64,000 nt of DNA from positions 167,588,001 through 167,652,000 of the forward strand of contig NC_086097.1 in NCBI RefSeq assembly GCF_963921235.1. The letters run 5' to 3'. This document shows, piece after piece, positions 1-12,244 of this stretch. The notes beneath the pieces were generated by a model, which was not told the DNA's origin, did no database searches, and was given only the letters and a program-made list of their open reading frames with translations. A program made the translations under genes and the position numbers. The DNA is from Mobula hypostoma. Its lineage: Eukaryota. Within the stretch, counting starts at the first letter, position 1; each line of letters begins with the position of its first letter.

Positions 1-842
1 GTTGGATGCATCAGCAAGGGAGATGAGGCTGAGTACAGGGCTATGGTAGGAAACTTTGTCACATGGTGTGAGCAGAATTATCTGCAGCTTAATATGAAAA
101 AGACTAAGGAGCTGGTGGTAGACCTGAGGAGAGCTAAGGTACCGGTGACCCCTGTTTCCATCCAGGGGGTCAGTGTGGACATGGTGGAGGATTACAAATA
201 CCTGGGGATACGAATTGACAATAAACTGGACTGGTCAAAGAACACGGAGGCTGTCTACAAGAAAGGTCAGAGCCATCTCTATTTCCTGAGGAGACTGAAG
301 TCTTTTAACATCTGCTGGACGATGCTGAGGACGTTCTACGAGCCTGTGGTGGCCAATGCTATCATGTTTGCTGTTGTATGCTGGGGCAGCAGGCTGAGGG
401 TGGCAGACACCAACAGAATCAACAAACTCATTCGTAAGGCCAGTGATGTTGTGGGGATGGAACTGGACTCTCTGACGGTGGTGTCTGAAAAGAGGATGCT
501 GTCCAAGTTGCATGCCATCATGGACAATATCTCCCATCCACTACATAATGTACTGGGTGGGCACAGGAGTACATTCAGCCAGAGACTCCTTCCACCGAGA
601 TGCAACACAGAGCGTCATAGGAAGTCATTCCTGCCTGTGGCCATCAAACTTTACAACTCCTCCCTTGGAGGGTCAGACACCCTGAACCAATAGGCTGGTC
701 CTGGACTTATTTCATAATTTACTGGCATAATTTACATATTACTATTTAACTATTTATGGTTCTATTACTATTTATTATTGATGGAGCAACTGTAATGAAA
801 ACCAATTTCCCCCAGGATTAATAAAGTATGACTATGACTATA
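1..842 (+). mobile_element. Rex1/Babar-type non-LTR retrotransposon, 3' end (RT C-terminus, 3' UTR, tail)
   Basis: ORF 43-693 has RT C-terminal motifs (LQLNMKKTKELVVD, YKYLG, LYFLRRL) and ends in AATAAAG plus an (TATGAC)n tail. A near-identical 3' end occurs at 24735-25096. Confidence 0.85.
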
Positions 843-1435
843 TTCCTTATTGTAATTTATAGTGTTTATAATTATGTATTTCAATGTACTGCTGCTGCAA
901 AACAACAAATTTCATGACATATGCCAGTGATATTAAACCTGATTCTGAATCTGTTTCTGAATATATTATGAATTGCAGTAAGTACATACAGCATAAAAAT
1001 GAGTAGTGCAAAAGCAGAGCAAAATAATGAGGTGGTGTTCGTGCAGAAATGTGATGGTGGAGGGGAAGAAGCTGTCTGTGAAGTGCTGGATGTTTGGTTT
1101 CAAGCTGCTGCATCTCCTCCCTGATGGTATTAATGAGAAGGTCCCGCATGGAGATGGTATGTCACAATGGAAGTGACCTTTTGAGGCATTGCCTTTTGAA
1201 GATGCCCCCGATGCTGTGGAGGCGAGTGGCCATGGTGGAGATGGCCGAGTTTACAAACTCTGCAGCTTCCTCCGATCCCTGTGTATTCGTGCCACCGTAC
1301 CGGACGATGATGTAAACGATTAGAATGCTCTCCAATGACATAACAATTCTCCTCAAATTCCTAATGGAATATAGCCACTGATGTGCCTTTTTTGCATTTG
1401 CATTACCACTCACCCCCACACATTAACAAAACATC

Positions 1436-1750
1436 CAGTGAGGCACCTCTGAAGTGTGGACCTCATTGTACCCTGGGCAACATGGCAGCCATCTGTGCAC
1501 AGTAAGCTCCCACAAACAGCTGCACACTGACGACCAGACAATCTGTATTTAGTGACTGAAAGATAAATATCATCCTGAGGGTTTAACACCAACTCAGGCT
1601 GCTTTCTTTCAGAATAGTCCTGTGGAATTGTTTCCTTCCATACGAGAAGGTGGGTCATATCTGTGACTGTGTGTCCATCCCTCAGTCCCACACTGAAGGG
1701 TCACCTTGGAGTTTTGACTCCATGTTGAGGGTAGGACCAGCTGAATCGGG
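1436..1750 (-). mobile_element. Degenerate DeuSINE (SacSINE1-like) fragment
   Basis: The sequence GGCAGCCATCTGTGCACAGTAAGCTCCCACAAACAGC...GACCAGACAATCTG...CCCTCAGT resembles the reverse-complemented Deu-domain SINE body as recalled; no alignment was run. Confidence 0.5.
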
Positions 1751-1834
1751 AACAAGTATGTCCTCTGCTGGGTTACAGTTCAAGGTTTGCTGTCAGCAGG
1801 TATATAGATTCTGTAGTGCTTCCTCTACAAGCCC

Positions 1835-2330
1835 ATAAGATACAAGAGCAGATTTGTCCATTCAGACCATCAGATCTGCTTCATCATTCAATCAAGGCTG
1901 ATTATCTTTCAACCTCATTCTCCTGCTTTCTCCCCAATGGCCCTTAACCCCTTTAACAATCAAGGTATTCTTAAATACCCCCCAATGACTTGGCCTCCCT
2001 GCCCTCTGTGGCAACGAAGTCCACAGATTGACTAATATCTGGCAGAAGAAATTCCTCATCTCAGATTTGATGGGTAGTTCCTTCATTCAGAGGCTGTTGT
2101 CTCAGAATTCAGTTTCTCCTACCAATATCTTTTCCACATTCACTATATCGAGTCCTTTCGGTATCCGGCAATCCACAATGAGAATATCCCCCTCATCCTT
2201 CCAAACTCCATCAAGTACAGGCCCAGTGACATCAGTCCCTACGTATACATTTAGGATTTCACTCCTGGGGTCATTCTTGTGAACTTCCTCTGAATCTGCT
2301 CCAGGGCCAACACATCTTTCCTTAGATTTT
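1835..2330 (-). mobile_element. CR1-type LINE 3' fragment
   Basis: Minus-strand translation EMRNFFCQILVNLWTSLPQ is a typical CR1 ORF2 C-terminus. Confidence 0.75.
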
Positions 2331-2899
2331 GGTAAATTGGTCTATTATTGTTAGAAGTACCAAGGTACATAGTGCAGTAAAAAATTGTTTTACATGCCAT
2401 CCACACAGATCATTTAATCACATTTGTGCATTAAGGTAGTACAAGGGAAAACCAATATCATGCAGAATAAAGTGTTACACTTTCGGAGAAAACGCACTGA
2501 AGGTAGACAATAAGGTATACAGCCATAATGAGATAGATTGTGAGGTCAAGAGTCCATCTTATTGTACTAGGAAAATATTCAATAGTCTTATAACAGCAGG
2601 ATGCAAGCTGCTCTGAGCCTGGTGGTACAAGCTTTCGAACTTTCTGCCTTCTGCCAAATGGGAGGGGGAAGAAAAGAAAATGTCTGGGTCTTTCATTGTG
2701 TTGGCTGCTTTACAGAGGTCATGAAAAGTTTAGAAAGAGTCCATGAAGGGGAAGTTGGTTTCCATGATGTACCGATCTGTGTTTATAATTCTCTGCAGTT
2801 TCTTACGGCCATGGACGGAGAAGGTGCCATACCAAGTGATGTTTCAGAAACAGCTTCTTCCCCTCCACCAACAGAATTCAAAGGGTCCATGAACCCACT

Positions 2900-3134
2900 T
2901 GTGCTAAATCATATATATATATGTTGTAACTGGGTTACCTGTCTGGACGCGCCCCTCTGCTGACTGCTCCTGTGGCTCCTCCCACAGACCCCTGAATAAA
3001 GGCGATTGTGCCACTGCTCCTCCTCTCAGTCCAGGGCAGACACTCAGCATGGTCGAGGTCACACTTTACTGCTAATAAAAGCATTTCAGTGTTTACTCTA
3101 CTTTCAGTTTTTTGGAGTTATCGATGGTGCATCA
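2900..3134 (+). mobile_element. Solo LTR (235 bp)
   Basis: Starts TG, ends CA, is flanked by a perfect 5-bp TSD CCACT (2895-2899 / 3135-3139), contains two AATAAA motifs and interrupts a LINE 3' UTR. Confidence 0.75.
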
Positions 3135-4189
3135 CCACTACCTTGTTATTCCTTATTTTGCATTATTGATTTTTGTAATTTATTGTTATTTTATTCATTA
3201 GCAATGTATTGCTGTCGCAAAATGACAAATTTCACATCATATACATAAATGACAATAAATCTGGTTCTAATTCTGATGCATCTGGATAGGATGCTTTCTA
3301 AGGTGCGAGGGTAAAATAATGAGGGTCAAATAGGACATTCCAAATTTCTTTAGTCTGCTGAGGAAGTAGAGGCACTGTTGTATTTTTCAGACCATGGCGT
3401 CTATGTAGTTGGACTAAGACAGTCCATTGATGACGTTCACTCCTAGGAACCTGTAGCTTTCAACCTTCTCAATTTCAGCACCATTGATGTAAACAGGATT
3501 GTGTGCACCACCTTCCTTTGTGAAGTCAATGTCCATCTCTTCTGTCTGCTGACATGGAGGGAAAGGTTGCTGTCATGACATCATGCCACTTGGCTCAATA
3601 TCTCCTTCCTGTACTCTGACTCACTATTATCTGAAATTCACCACATGATGGTTGTGTCATCTGCAAACTTGCAGATAGAGTTAAATACAGGGCCCAAAGT
3701 TGCTCACCTTAAATTTGATTACCAAAATCCTTCTTCTATAGGGAAGACTGCACTGAGGCACTTAAACTGAATTTCACAATGGCCGCCACACCTATGGAAA
3801 GCTGAGGACTGGGGGAAGAAATGAGTGGCTGGGGGCAGATATTCTTCAGCAATGGATCTGGTCCTGTCAGGTGATGAACCAATTTTCCTTCACCAGTCCT
3901 TTCCCTGGATTCAGGATACTTAGGGTGGGATGACAGAAGAGGGGAAAAGAAGAAGAGATCATTGTAAGATTTAGAAGATGCTTGTTCCTTATTGATGGGT
4001 TTGGAAAGTGACTGCTTGAAATGTCTTTTTCTGCTTTCTTAATACCTAGACAGAAAAACAAATAAGCAAGGATAACATACTCCTATTGACACAGTTCTAA
4101 ATAGTCTGCAGGATTACAATGATCTAGCAGGATGTGTGCACAGATCTCTGAAAATAGCCGGACACTGACAAGTTTGCGCATGGTGGATC

Positions 4190-5113
4190 CTGTGGAAAAT
4201 TAGATCAGGTGGGACCCAGGGAGAACTGACTAATTGGACGCACAGTTGGTTTGAAGGTAGGGAGCAGAGTGTGATGGAGGGAGGTTGCTTTTCAGTCCAG
4301 AGGCCTGTGACTAGTGGTATGCCTCAGGTGTCAGTGCTAGGCCCATCGATATTTGTCATCTGTATCAATGATTTGGATGAGAATATACAGGCATGAATAG
4401 TAAGTGTGCAGATAAGACCATGCTGAGGGAGTATCATAGAGTCAGAGACTAAAGCAGCAAGAAACAGTTCCTTCGGCCCACACAGAAAAGTTACCCACCC
4501 AATCCAGTCCCATTTGCCTATGTTTGGCCCTTTTTCGATCCATGTACCTATCCAACTGCCTTTGAAATAGTGTTATTGTAACCGCCTACTTGCTCTGGCA
4601 GCCTGTTCAACATACACACCACCCTCAGCATAAATAAGTTCCCTCTGAGGTCACCTTTAAGTCATAAACAAAGCCCTTGCCATCCTGGAATTCAAAATAG
4701 ATTCATAACATAATCTGGAAAGATTTACAAGGATGGTGTCAGAACCCGAGGCACTGGGTTACAGGGAGAGGTTGGATAGGTCAAAACTCTATTTCTTGGA
4801 GCATAATAGATTGATAAGTGATCTTAGAGAGATGCATAAAGTCATGAGGGGCAGGGATAGGGTGATAGTGCACAGTCTTTTCTTCCAGGGTTGAAGAATC
4901 AAGAGCTAGTGCATATATATAAGTCAAAGTTAAGAGGGAAAAGATTTAATAGGAAGTTGAGAGGCAAATTTTCAGGCACAAACAGTATTACGTATATGGA
5001 ATAAGCTGCCATAGGAAGCAAGTGAGGCAGATACCTTAACAGAATTTAAAAGGAACTTGTACAGGTACATGGATCGGAAAGGTTCAGAAGGTCATGGGCC
5101 AAATGCCAGGTAC
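4190..5113 (+). mobile_element. Degenerate CR1 fragments (with an opposite-strand piece at about 4440-4660), interrupted at 5113
   Basis: Decayed GxPQVSVLGP RT motif near 4317-4345 and a CR1 3' region that resumes at about 7217 after the Rex1 insert. Confidence 0.65.
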
Positions 5114-7215
5114 CATCTCCGCCCTTAAGCACATGAACAAGTGTGTAGATAGAGTGACATCACAAAAACAAATAAAAGCTTTCCCCAATCAGAAACCATG
5201 GATGAACAGAGAACAACAGGAATTCTGCAGATGCTGGAAATTCAAGCAACATACATCAAAGTTGCTGGTGAACGCAGCAGGCCAAGCAGCATCTATAGGA
5301 AGAGGCGCAGTCGACGTTTCAGGCCGAGACCCTTCGTCAGGACCCATGAACAGAGAACAGAGAAGTTCGCCTCCTGCTCAAAGCCAGAGATTCAGCTTTC
5401 AGGTCTGGAGACCAGGAGGCTTACAGCTCAGCCAGGGCCAACCTGAGGAGGGGAATCTCTCAGGTTAAACACATATACAAACAGAGAATCGAGGAGCATT
5501 TCAACTCCTTGGACCCCCGGCACATGTGGCATGGCATACAGGTCATTACAGACTTCAAACCACCTAGTACTGTGCCCCTTTCCAGCTCTGCTTCCCTCCC
5601 TGATGAGCTCAATTACTTGTACGCTCGCTTTGACCGAGAGATCAAGGAGGTCACCCTCAAAGCGGATCTCCCACCTGGTGAACTGCCTCTCTCACTTTCC
5701 ACCTCCGATGTTTGTGCCACCCTGAGCAGGGTGAATGTACGGAAGGCAGCTGGTCCGGATGGAATACCTGGCCGTGTGCTCAGAGTCTGTGCAGGACAGT
5801 TGGCCAGGGTCTTCACGGACATTTTTAATCTGTCCCTGGCCCAGGCAGTTGTCCCCACAAGCTTCAAGATCGTCACCATCGTGCCAGTGCCGAAGCATTC
5901 CACTGCCACAGGCCTGAATGACTTCTGTCCAGTTGCACTCACCCCCATCATTGCAAAGTGCTTTAAGAGACTGTTCTATCACATCTGAAATCCTGTCTGC
6001 CCACTACCCTGGACCCCAGTCAATTTGCCTATTGCACCAACAGGTCAACAGAGGATGCTATCTCCACAGCACTTCACTCTGCCCTGACCCACTTGGGCAG
6101 CCCTTACGGCAGAATGCTGTTCATTGAATGTTCGGCATTCAATACTGTGATCCCCTCCAAGCTGATCGCCAAACTTTGCCAGCTTGGTATCAGTTCATCC
6201 CTCTGCAATTGGACCTTGAACTTTCTGACTAACAGACACCTATCAGTTAAGTTAGACAACCTCTCCTCCTCCACTCTCACCCTGAACACTGGCGTGCCTC
6301 AAAGCTGTGTGCTGAGCCCTCTTCTGTACTCCCTTTTCACCTATGACTGCATTCCTGTACATAGTTCTAACTTCATAATCAAGTTCGCAGATGACACCAC
6401 AGGGTTGGCCTGATCAGAGGGGATGACGAGACAGCCTACAGGGACAAGGTCCAGCACCTGGCTGTGTAATGTGCCGACATCAACCTGGCCCTTAACACCC
6501 AGAAGATCAAAGAGATCATTGTGGACTTCAGGCATGCTAGGAGCCACACTCACATCCCAATCTACATCAACGGAGCTGTAGTGGAGCGTGTATCAAACTT
6601 CAAATTCCTTGGTGTCCACATTTCCGAGGATCTCACCTGGTCCCTGAACTCCTCCATCCTGATCAAAAAGACGCAATAGTGCCTTTATTTCCTGCGGAGC
6701 ATCAAGAAAGCTCACCTCTGTCCCAGGATACTGATGGACTTTTACCGTTGTACCATTGAGAGCAGACTCACCAACTGCATCTCAGTGTGGTATGGCAATT
6801 GTCCCATATCGGACCGCACCCAATTGCCCACCATTGAGAACATCTACCATAAACGCTGCCTGGGCAGGGCGAAAAGCTTTATCAAAGATGCATCTCACCC
6901 TAACCATGGACTTTTTACTCTCCTCCCATCCGGTAGGTGCTACAGGAGCCTCCGCTTCCGCACCAGCAGGCACAGGAAGAGCTTCTTCCCTGAGGCTGTG
7001 ACCCTGCTGAACCTCACATCACAGCGCTAAGCAGTATTGCACCCATATTGTACTGTCTCAGTACTTTCATATTTGTATACTGTAGCACTTACTTTTTATT
7101 CGCGGTTATTTTGTAAATAACATTATTCTTTGCATTTCTGATCAGATGCTAACTGCATTTCGTTGGCTTTGTATCTGTACTCAGCACAATGACAATAAAG
7201 TTGAATCTAATCTAA
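5114..7215 (+). mobile_element. 5'-truncated Rex1/Babar-type LINE with disrupted RT
   Basis: ORF pieces: [63 protein letters not shown]. Frameshifts and stops are present. Ends AATAAAGTTGAATCTAATCTAA. Confidence 0.9.
5308..5343 (-). ncRNA. Minimal type I hammerhead ribozyme motif inside a ~130-bp PLE-derived insert (about 5216-5343)
   Basis: Minus strand reads GUC CUGACGA AGGGUCUCGGCCU GAAAC GUC GAC: conserved CUGANGA/GAAA core, stem II, palindromic ACGU stem III, GUC cleavage triplet and GUC/GAC stem I. Confidence 0.75.
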
Positions 7216-8114
7216 TGAGACTAACTTGGATGGGCATCCTGCTGAGCACGGACCAACTGGGCTGAAGGGTTTGTTTCCATGCTGTATGACACTATGACCC
7301 CACCAGTGCCCAGTTTGGTCTTCACCAGGAGCACTTGCCTCCTGGCCTCATCACAGCCTTGGTTCAAACATGGGGTGAGATGACTGCCAAGATATGCTTG
7401 CTGGTGGGAGCTTGTTGTGCCTGAATTAGCCTCAGAATTTCTTACATCAGTGACCACACTTCAAAATACTTCAGTGGCTGTAAAGTACTTTGGACGGTGA
7501 TAGCTAAATGCACCTTGTTTCAACTTCAGGTGAGATGAGTTTCCAGCCTGATGCTTTTTCAAACAATGTTCATGCCATTGATTAGCTATAGGTTTAGAAA
7601 TTCCATTATAGATACTGAATGAAGAACCCAAAACCTACTTAGACTGTCACTTGCTATTTGCTTTCACTTATAAAATCTGTGAAACAACAAATGCCAACCA
7701 TGTAGAAATACATCTTAATTTACTTTACTAAAAGAATCCGTCACATAGGCTTTAGAATTGGTAGTTAGGCTCCTGACTAGTTCCACTAGATTCTGCTATG
7801 TGCTGGGCAGCATGGAATAGATAGTGATACATATATTTTAATGAATTTTTGATTATGAACATGTTTGCTTTATTTTCACCACCAAATTTACTGAAATTTG
7901 CACTTTATTAAAACTAAAAGTTGGTGCGGCTCTTCACCGAAGTTTATTCTTAACCAGAAAAACAATTGCCAAATACTCATAACTGGAACAAAAAAATTTA
8001 AACACAAGATCCATTCAAGTCCTGAACATAAAGTGGATCCTATGGAAAACTAATCCAAATGGCACTGAAGTCCAAATCAGCAATCAGTATTTTAAAATGA
8101 GCAATTACAATGTG

Positions 8115-8211
8115 TGCAACACACACAAAATGCTAGAGGAACTCAGCAGACCGGACAGTATCTATGGAAAAGAGTACAGTTGACGTTTCGGGCTGAGACC
8201 CTTCAGCAGGA
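8115..8211 (-). mobile_element. PLE 3' terminal fragment with a mutated hammerhead core (CUGCUGA)
   Basis: Same family as 11625-11720; minus strand reads CCTGCTGAAGGGTCTCAGCCCGAAACGTCAAC. Confidence 0.7.
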
Positions 8212-8714
8212 TAAGGTGATAGTGCACAGTCTTTTTTCCAGGGTTGAAGAATCAAGAGCTAGAGCATATATATAAGTTGAAGTTAAGAGGGAAAAGATTT
8301 AGTAGGAAGTTGAGAGGCAAATTTTCAGGCACAAACGGTATTACATATGTGGAATAAGCTGCCACAGGAAGCAAGTGAGGCAGATACATTAACAAAATTT
8401 ATAAGGAACTTGTACAGGTACATGGATAGGAAAGGTTCAGAAGGTCATGGGCCAAATGCCAGGTAGTGGGACTAACTTGGATGGACATTATAATGTGAAC
8501 AAGTTTTCTCTGGTAAATCTACATCTCTCTGGTACAGACACTATATTTAAATTCATTCATATTCAATTACTTGCAGTATTTGACTTATTTTATTTGGTGA
8601 TTCATGTAATCTGTCTGTAATAAATGCAGTTGGCAGCAGAGGGCACTTTATATCACAATCAAGAGCACTGGAGAAGTAAAACCAGGTGTAAATCTTCAGG
8701 ACAGATATACAAGT

Positions 8715-9263
8715 CCCCTAATCTGAGGACAGGCATTCTTGCCGTAGAGGGAGTACAAAGAAGGTTCACCAGATTGATTCCTGGGATGGCAGGACTTTCA
8801 TATGATGAAAGACTGGATCAACTACGCTTATACTCGCTGGAATTTAGAAAATTGAGGGAGGATCTTATTGAAACGTATAAAATTCTAAAGGGATTGGACA
8901 GGCTAGATGCAGGAAGATTGTTTCCGATGTTGGGGAAGTCCAAAACCAGGGGTCACAGTTTGAGGATAAAGGGGAAGCCTTTTAGGACCGAGATGAGGAA
9001 AAACTTCTTCACACAGAGTGGTGAATCTGTGGAATTCTCTGCCACAGGAAACAACTGAGGCCAGTTCATTGGCTATATTTAAGAGGGAGTTAGATATAGC
9101 CCTTGTGGCTAAAGGGATCAGGGGGTATGGAGAGAGGGCAGGTACAGGGTTCTGAGTTGGATGATCAGCCATGATCATACTGAATGCCGGTGCAGGCTCG
9201 AAGGGCCGAATGGTCTACTCCTGCACCTATTTTCTATGTTTCTCTGTTTCTATGTTTCTATGT
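8715..9263 (+). mobile_element. CR1 LINE 3' end with (TTTCTATG)n tail
   Basis: VQRRFTRLIPGMAGLSYDERL...TRGHSLRI...FRTEMRKNFFTQ, followed by an octamer tandem tail at 9231-9263. Confidence 0.9.
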
Positions 9264-9799
9264 AAGACACAAATATACTTTTTAATCATTGTTGAATTTT
9301 TACCAGCCATAAAAAAATGTGACAAATAGACATTAACTTCTGTCCTTCACTGACACTGATGGTGGATTTGAGGTGAATCAACCATTTGAAGTTCAGCCAA
9401 CCACAGACTTCACGTTCCTGTGCTCCAGCTTCCCACATGGCCACTAAGCCTGGTAGGGGAGCAGGATGCATTTCGCATCTGGGCCTCAACTTCACCCTAT
9501 GCTCAGATGGTGTATGATGGGTTACAGACTGTAGAGTATTCCAGAGACCACTACCTGAGGCCAATGTGCCTGTGCAAGTCCTCTTTGCTTCCTGAGATGA
9601 CTGTTAGTTATGAAGGATCAACCTACTTAAACACCCAATGGAAGAGATAAGCCCAGTCAGGGAAGTGGTAGACATGGGCACCGGGCTGGACCCTGGACAA
9701 TCCAGTCCAAGGAAATCACCTGTTGGGATGGACAGCCAATACGTGTAACACCTGATCAATGCCAGTTACCAAGATGTCCATTGCATCATAGCTTTAAAC

Positions 9800-10535
9800 T
9801 GAAGTCAGGAACTAAACCAAAGAGGAAAATATGCAGTAAGTGGCAGGAAGCTTAGAAACTTTGATGTACAGAGGGGTCTCAGGGTACAAGGCCATAGCTG
9901 TCTTAAAGTGGCAACACAAGTAGACTGAGCAGCAAGGAAGGTGTACAGCAGCCTTGCCTCTATCAGTTGGTGCATTGTGTATAAACATTGGGAAGTCGTG
10001 TTGAAGCTGTATAAAGTTTTGGTTAGGTCACTTTGGGGGTAGTGCGTGCAGTTCTGGTTTCTACACTGTAGAAAGGATGCGGAAGCTTAGAGCAGTGCAG
10101 AAGAGGTACAGACAGATGGTTCCTAAATTGGGGTGTGTTATTGTAATAAGAGGTCGGACAAACGGATTGTTTTCTCTACAGTGTCAGAAGCTGAGAGGAG
10201 AACTGGTGAGAGGCACAGATGGGGAAGATACAGTCTTAAATACTAGTAATCTTAAATACTAAAGGGAATAGGTTTAAGGTAAGAGGGGAGAAGTTCAAAG
10301 GAGAAGCAGGTTTATTTTTACACAAAGAGTAGCAAATACCTGGAATGTGATGCCAGGGGAAGTGGTAGGAGCAGATATGATGGCAATATTTACAGACATT
10401 TATGCAGACACATGAACGGGCAGGGAACAAGAAATAAGGAAGATGTAAAGACAGATAGGATTAGTTAGACTAGTATGGTCGTCAAAGACACGATGGGCTG
10501 AAGGGTCAGTTCCTATGAACTGTTATATGTTCTAG
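9800..10535 (+). mobile_element. Degenerate CR1 3' fragment
   Basis: Decayed CVQFW / VQKR motifs and a CR1-type 3' UTR. Confidence 0.65.
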
Positions 10536-10599
10536 GTTCAAAGAGGAAAGAAAATCCCAAACAGACTCATCCAGATGTGCAAGAAGGCTATTTAAGTCG

Positions 10600-11100
10600 T
10601 AGAGTCGTAAGCATTACAGAACAGAATCAGGCCCTTTGGCCCAGCTAATTTGTGCTGACCTATTTCTGTGCCTAGTTCCATCTACCTGAACCCAGGCAAT
10701 AGTCCTCCACACCCCTCTCATCTCTTAAGTGCAATATATAGAACCCACATCTATCACCTCCGCTTGTTCCACATTCACACCACCTTCTGAGTGAAAGGAT
10801 CCCCCTAAATATTTCACCTCAACCTATGAACTCCAGTTCTAGTCTCACCCAACCTCAGGGAAAAAGATACATGTATTTACCCTATCTATACTCCTCATAA
10901 TTTTGTACATCTCCCCTCATTTTGTAGATCTTTCCTCAATCTCCTATGTGCCAGGGAATAAATTCCTAGCCCATTCAATCTTTCCCTATAACTGAGGTCC
11001 TGAAGACCCGGCAATATCCTTGTAAATTTTCTCTGCATTCTTTCAACTTACCTGCAGGATGATGAATAGAACTGGACAAAACACTCCAGATTGAGCCTCA
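10600..11100 (-). mobile_element. Degenerate CR1 3' fragment
   Basis: Reverse complement of the CR1 3' region seen elsewhere in the window. Confidence 0.6.
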
Positions 11101-11154
11101 TCTATATCAGTTCAATTGCTTATAGGAAAGGGCCACTTTGGTCTCCAAAACAAA

Positions 11155-11395
11155 TGACCGGAGTTCAATTCCCATCGCTGACTGTAAGGAGTCTGCACGT
11201 TCTCCCTGTGACTGTGTGGGTTTCCTCAGGGGGCTCCGGTTTCCTCCCACATTCAGCGATGTACAGGTTTGGGTTAGTAAGTTGTGGGCATGCCAGAAGC
11301 ACACTTGCGGCCTACCCCCAGCACTGTGTGGGTCCTTGGTGCAATTTCACTTTATGTTCTGATGTACACGTGACAAATGAAGCTAATTTTAAGAT
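11155..11395 (+). mobile_element. V-SINE-like element
   Basis: V-domain-like core GTAAGGAGTCTGCACGTTCTCCCTGTGACTGTGTGGGTTTCCTC...CTCCGGTTTCCTCCCACA after a B-box-like GTTCAATTCC. Related pieces occur at about 22240-22390, 24360-24510 and 62830-63070. Confidence 0.65.
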
Positions 11396-11624
11396 TAACA
11401 TCTTCACCTTACTTGCCAGCGAGCAGGCAGGATGTAGGCAGAGCCACTAACACATTAAGTATCATTGGGGTAGAGTCAAGATATCATCTTCCTTCCAGCA
11501 ACAAGACTGAGAGTTAGTGAACCCTATCTTTCTCTTTCCTTCTGTAAGATCTGAACCACATGAAACTGCAGAGAGTTGTGGACACTGCTCAGCACATCAT
11601 GGAAAACAATCTCCCTTCCATGGA

Positions 11625-12244
11625 ACACACATCAAAGTTGCTGGTGAACGCAGCAGGCCAGGCAGCATCTCTAGGAAGAGGTACAGTCGACTTTTCAGGC
11701 CGAGACCCTTCGTCAGGACTAACTGAAGGAAGAGCTAGTAAGAGATTTGAAAGTGAGAGGGGGAGGGGGAGATCCAAAATGATAGGAGAAGACAGGAGGG
11801 GGAGGGATGGAGCCAAGAGCTGGACAGGCGATTGGCAAAAGGGATATGTGAGGATCATGGGACAGGAAGCCCAGGGAGAAGGAAAAGGGAGGGGACCCAA
11901 AGGATGAGCAAGGGGTATAGTCAGAGGGACAGAGGGAGAAAAAGGAGAGAGAGAAAAAGAATGTGTGTATATAAACAAATAACAGATGGGGTTGAGGGGG
12001 AGGTGGGGCATTAGCGGAAGTTTGAGAAGTCAATGTTCATGCCATCAGGTTGGAGGCTACCCAGATGGAATATAAGGTGTTGTTCCTCCAACCTGAGTGT
12101 GGCTTCATCTTTACAGTAGAGGAGGCCGTGGATAGACATATCAGAGTGGGAATGGGACGTGGAATTAAAATGTGTGGCCAGTGGGAGATTCTGCTTTCTC
12201 TGGCGGACAGAGCGTAGGTGTTCAGCAAAACAATCTCCCAGTCT
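11625..12244 (-). mobile_element. Penelope-like element 3' part (GIY-YIG C-terminus, 3' region, hammerhead variant at 11685-11720)
   Basis: Reverse complement of about 13398-14030. The hammerhead reads AGUC CUGACGA...GAAAA GUC GACU, with stem III mutated. Confidence 0.85.
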
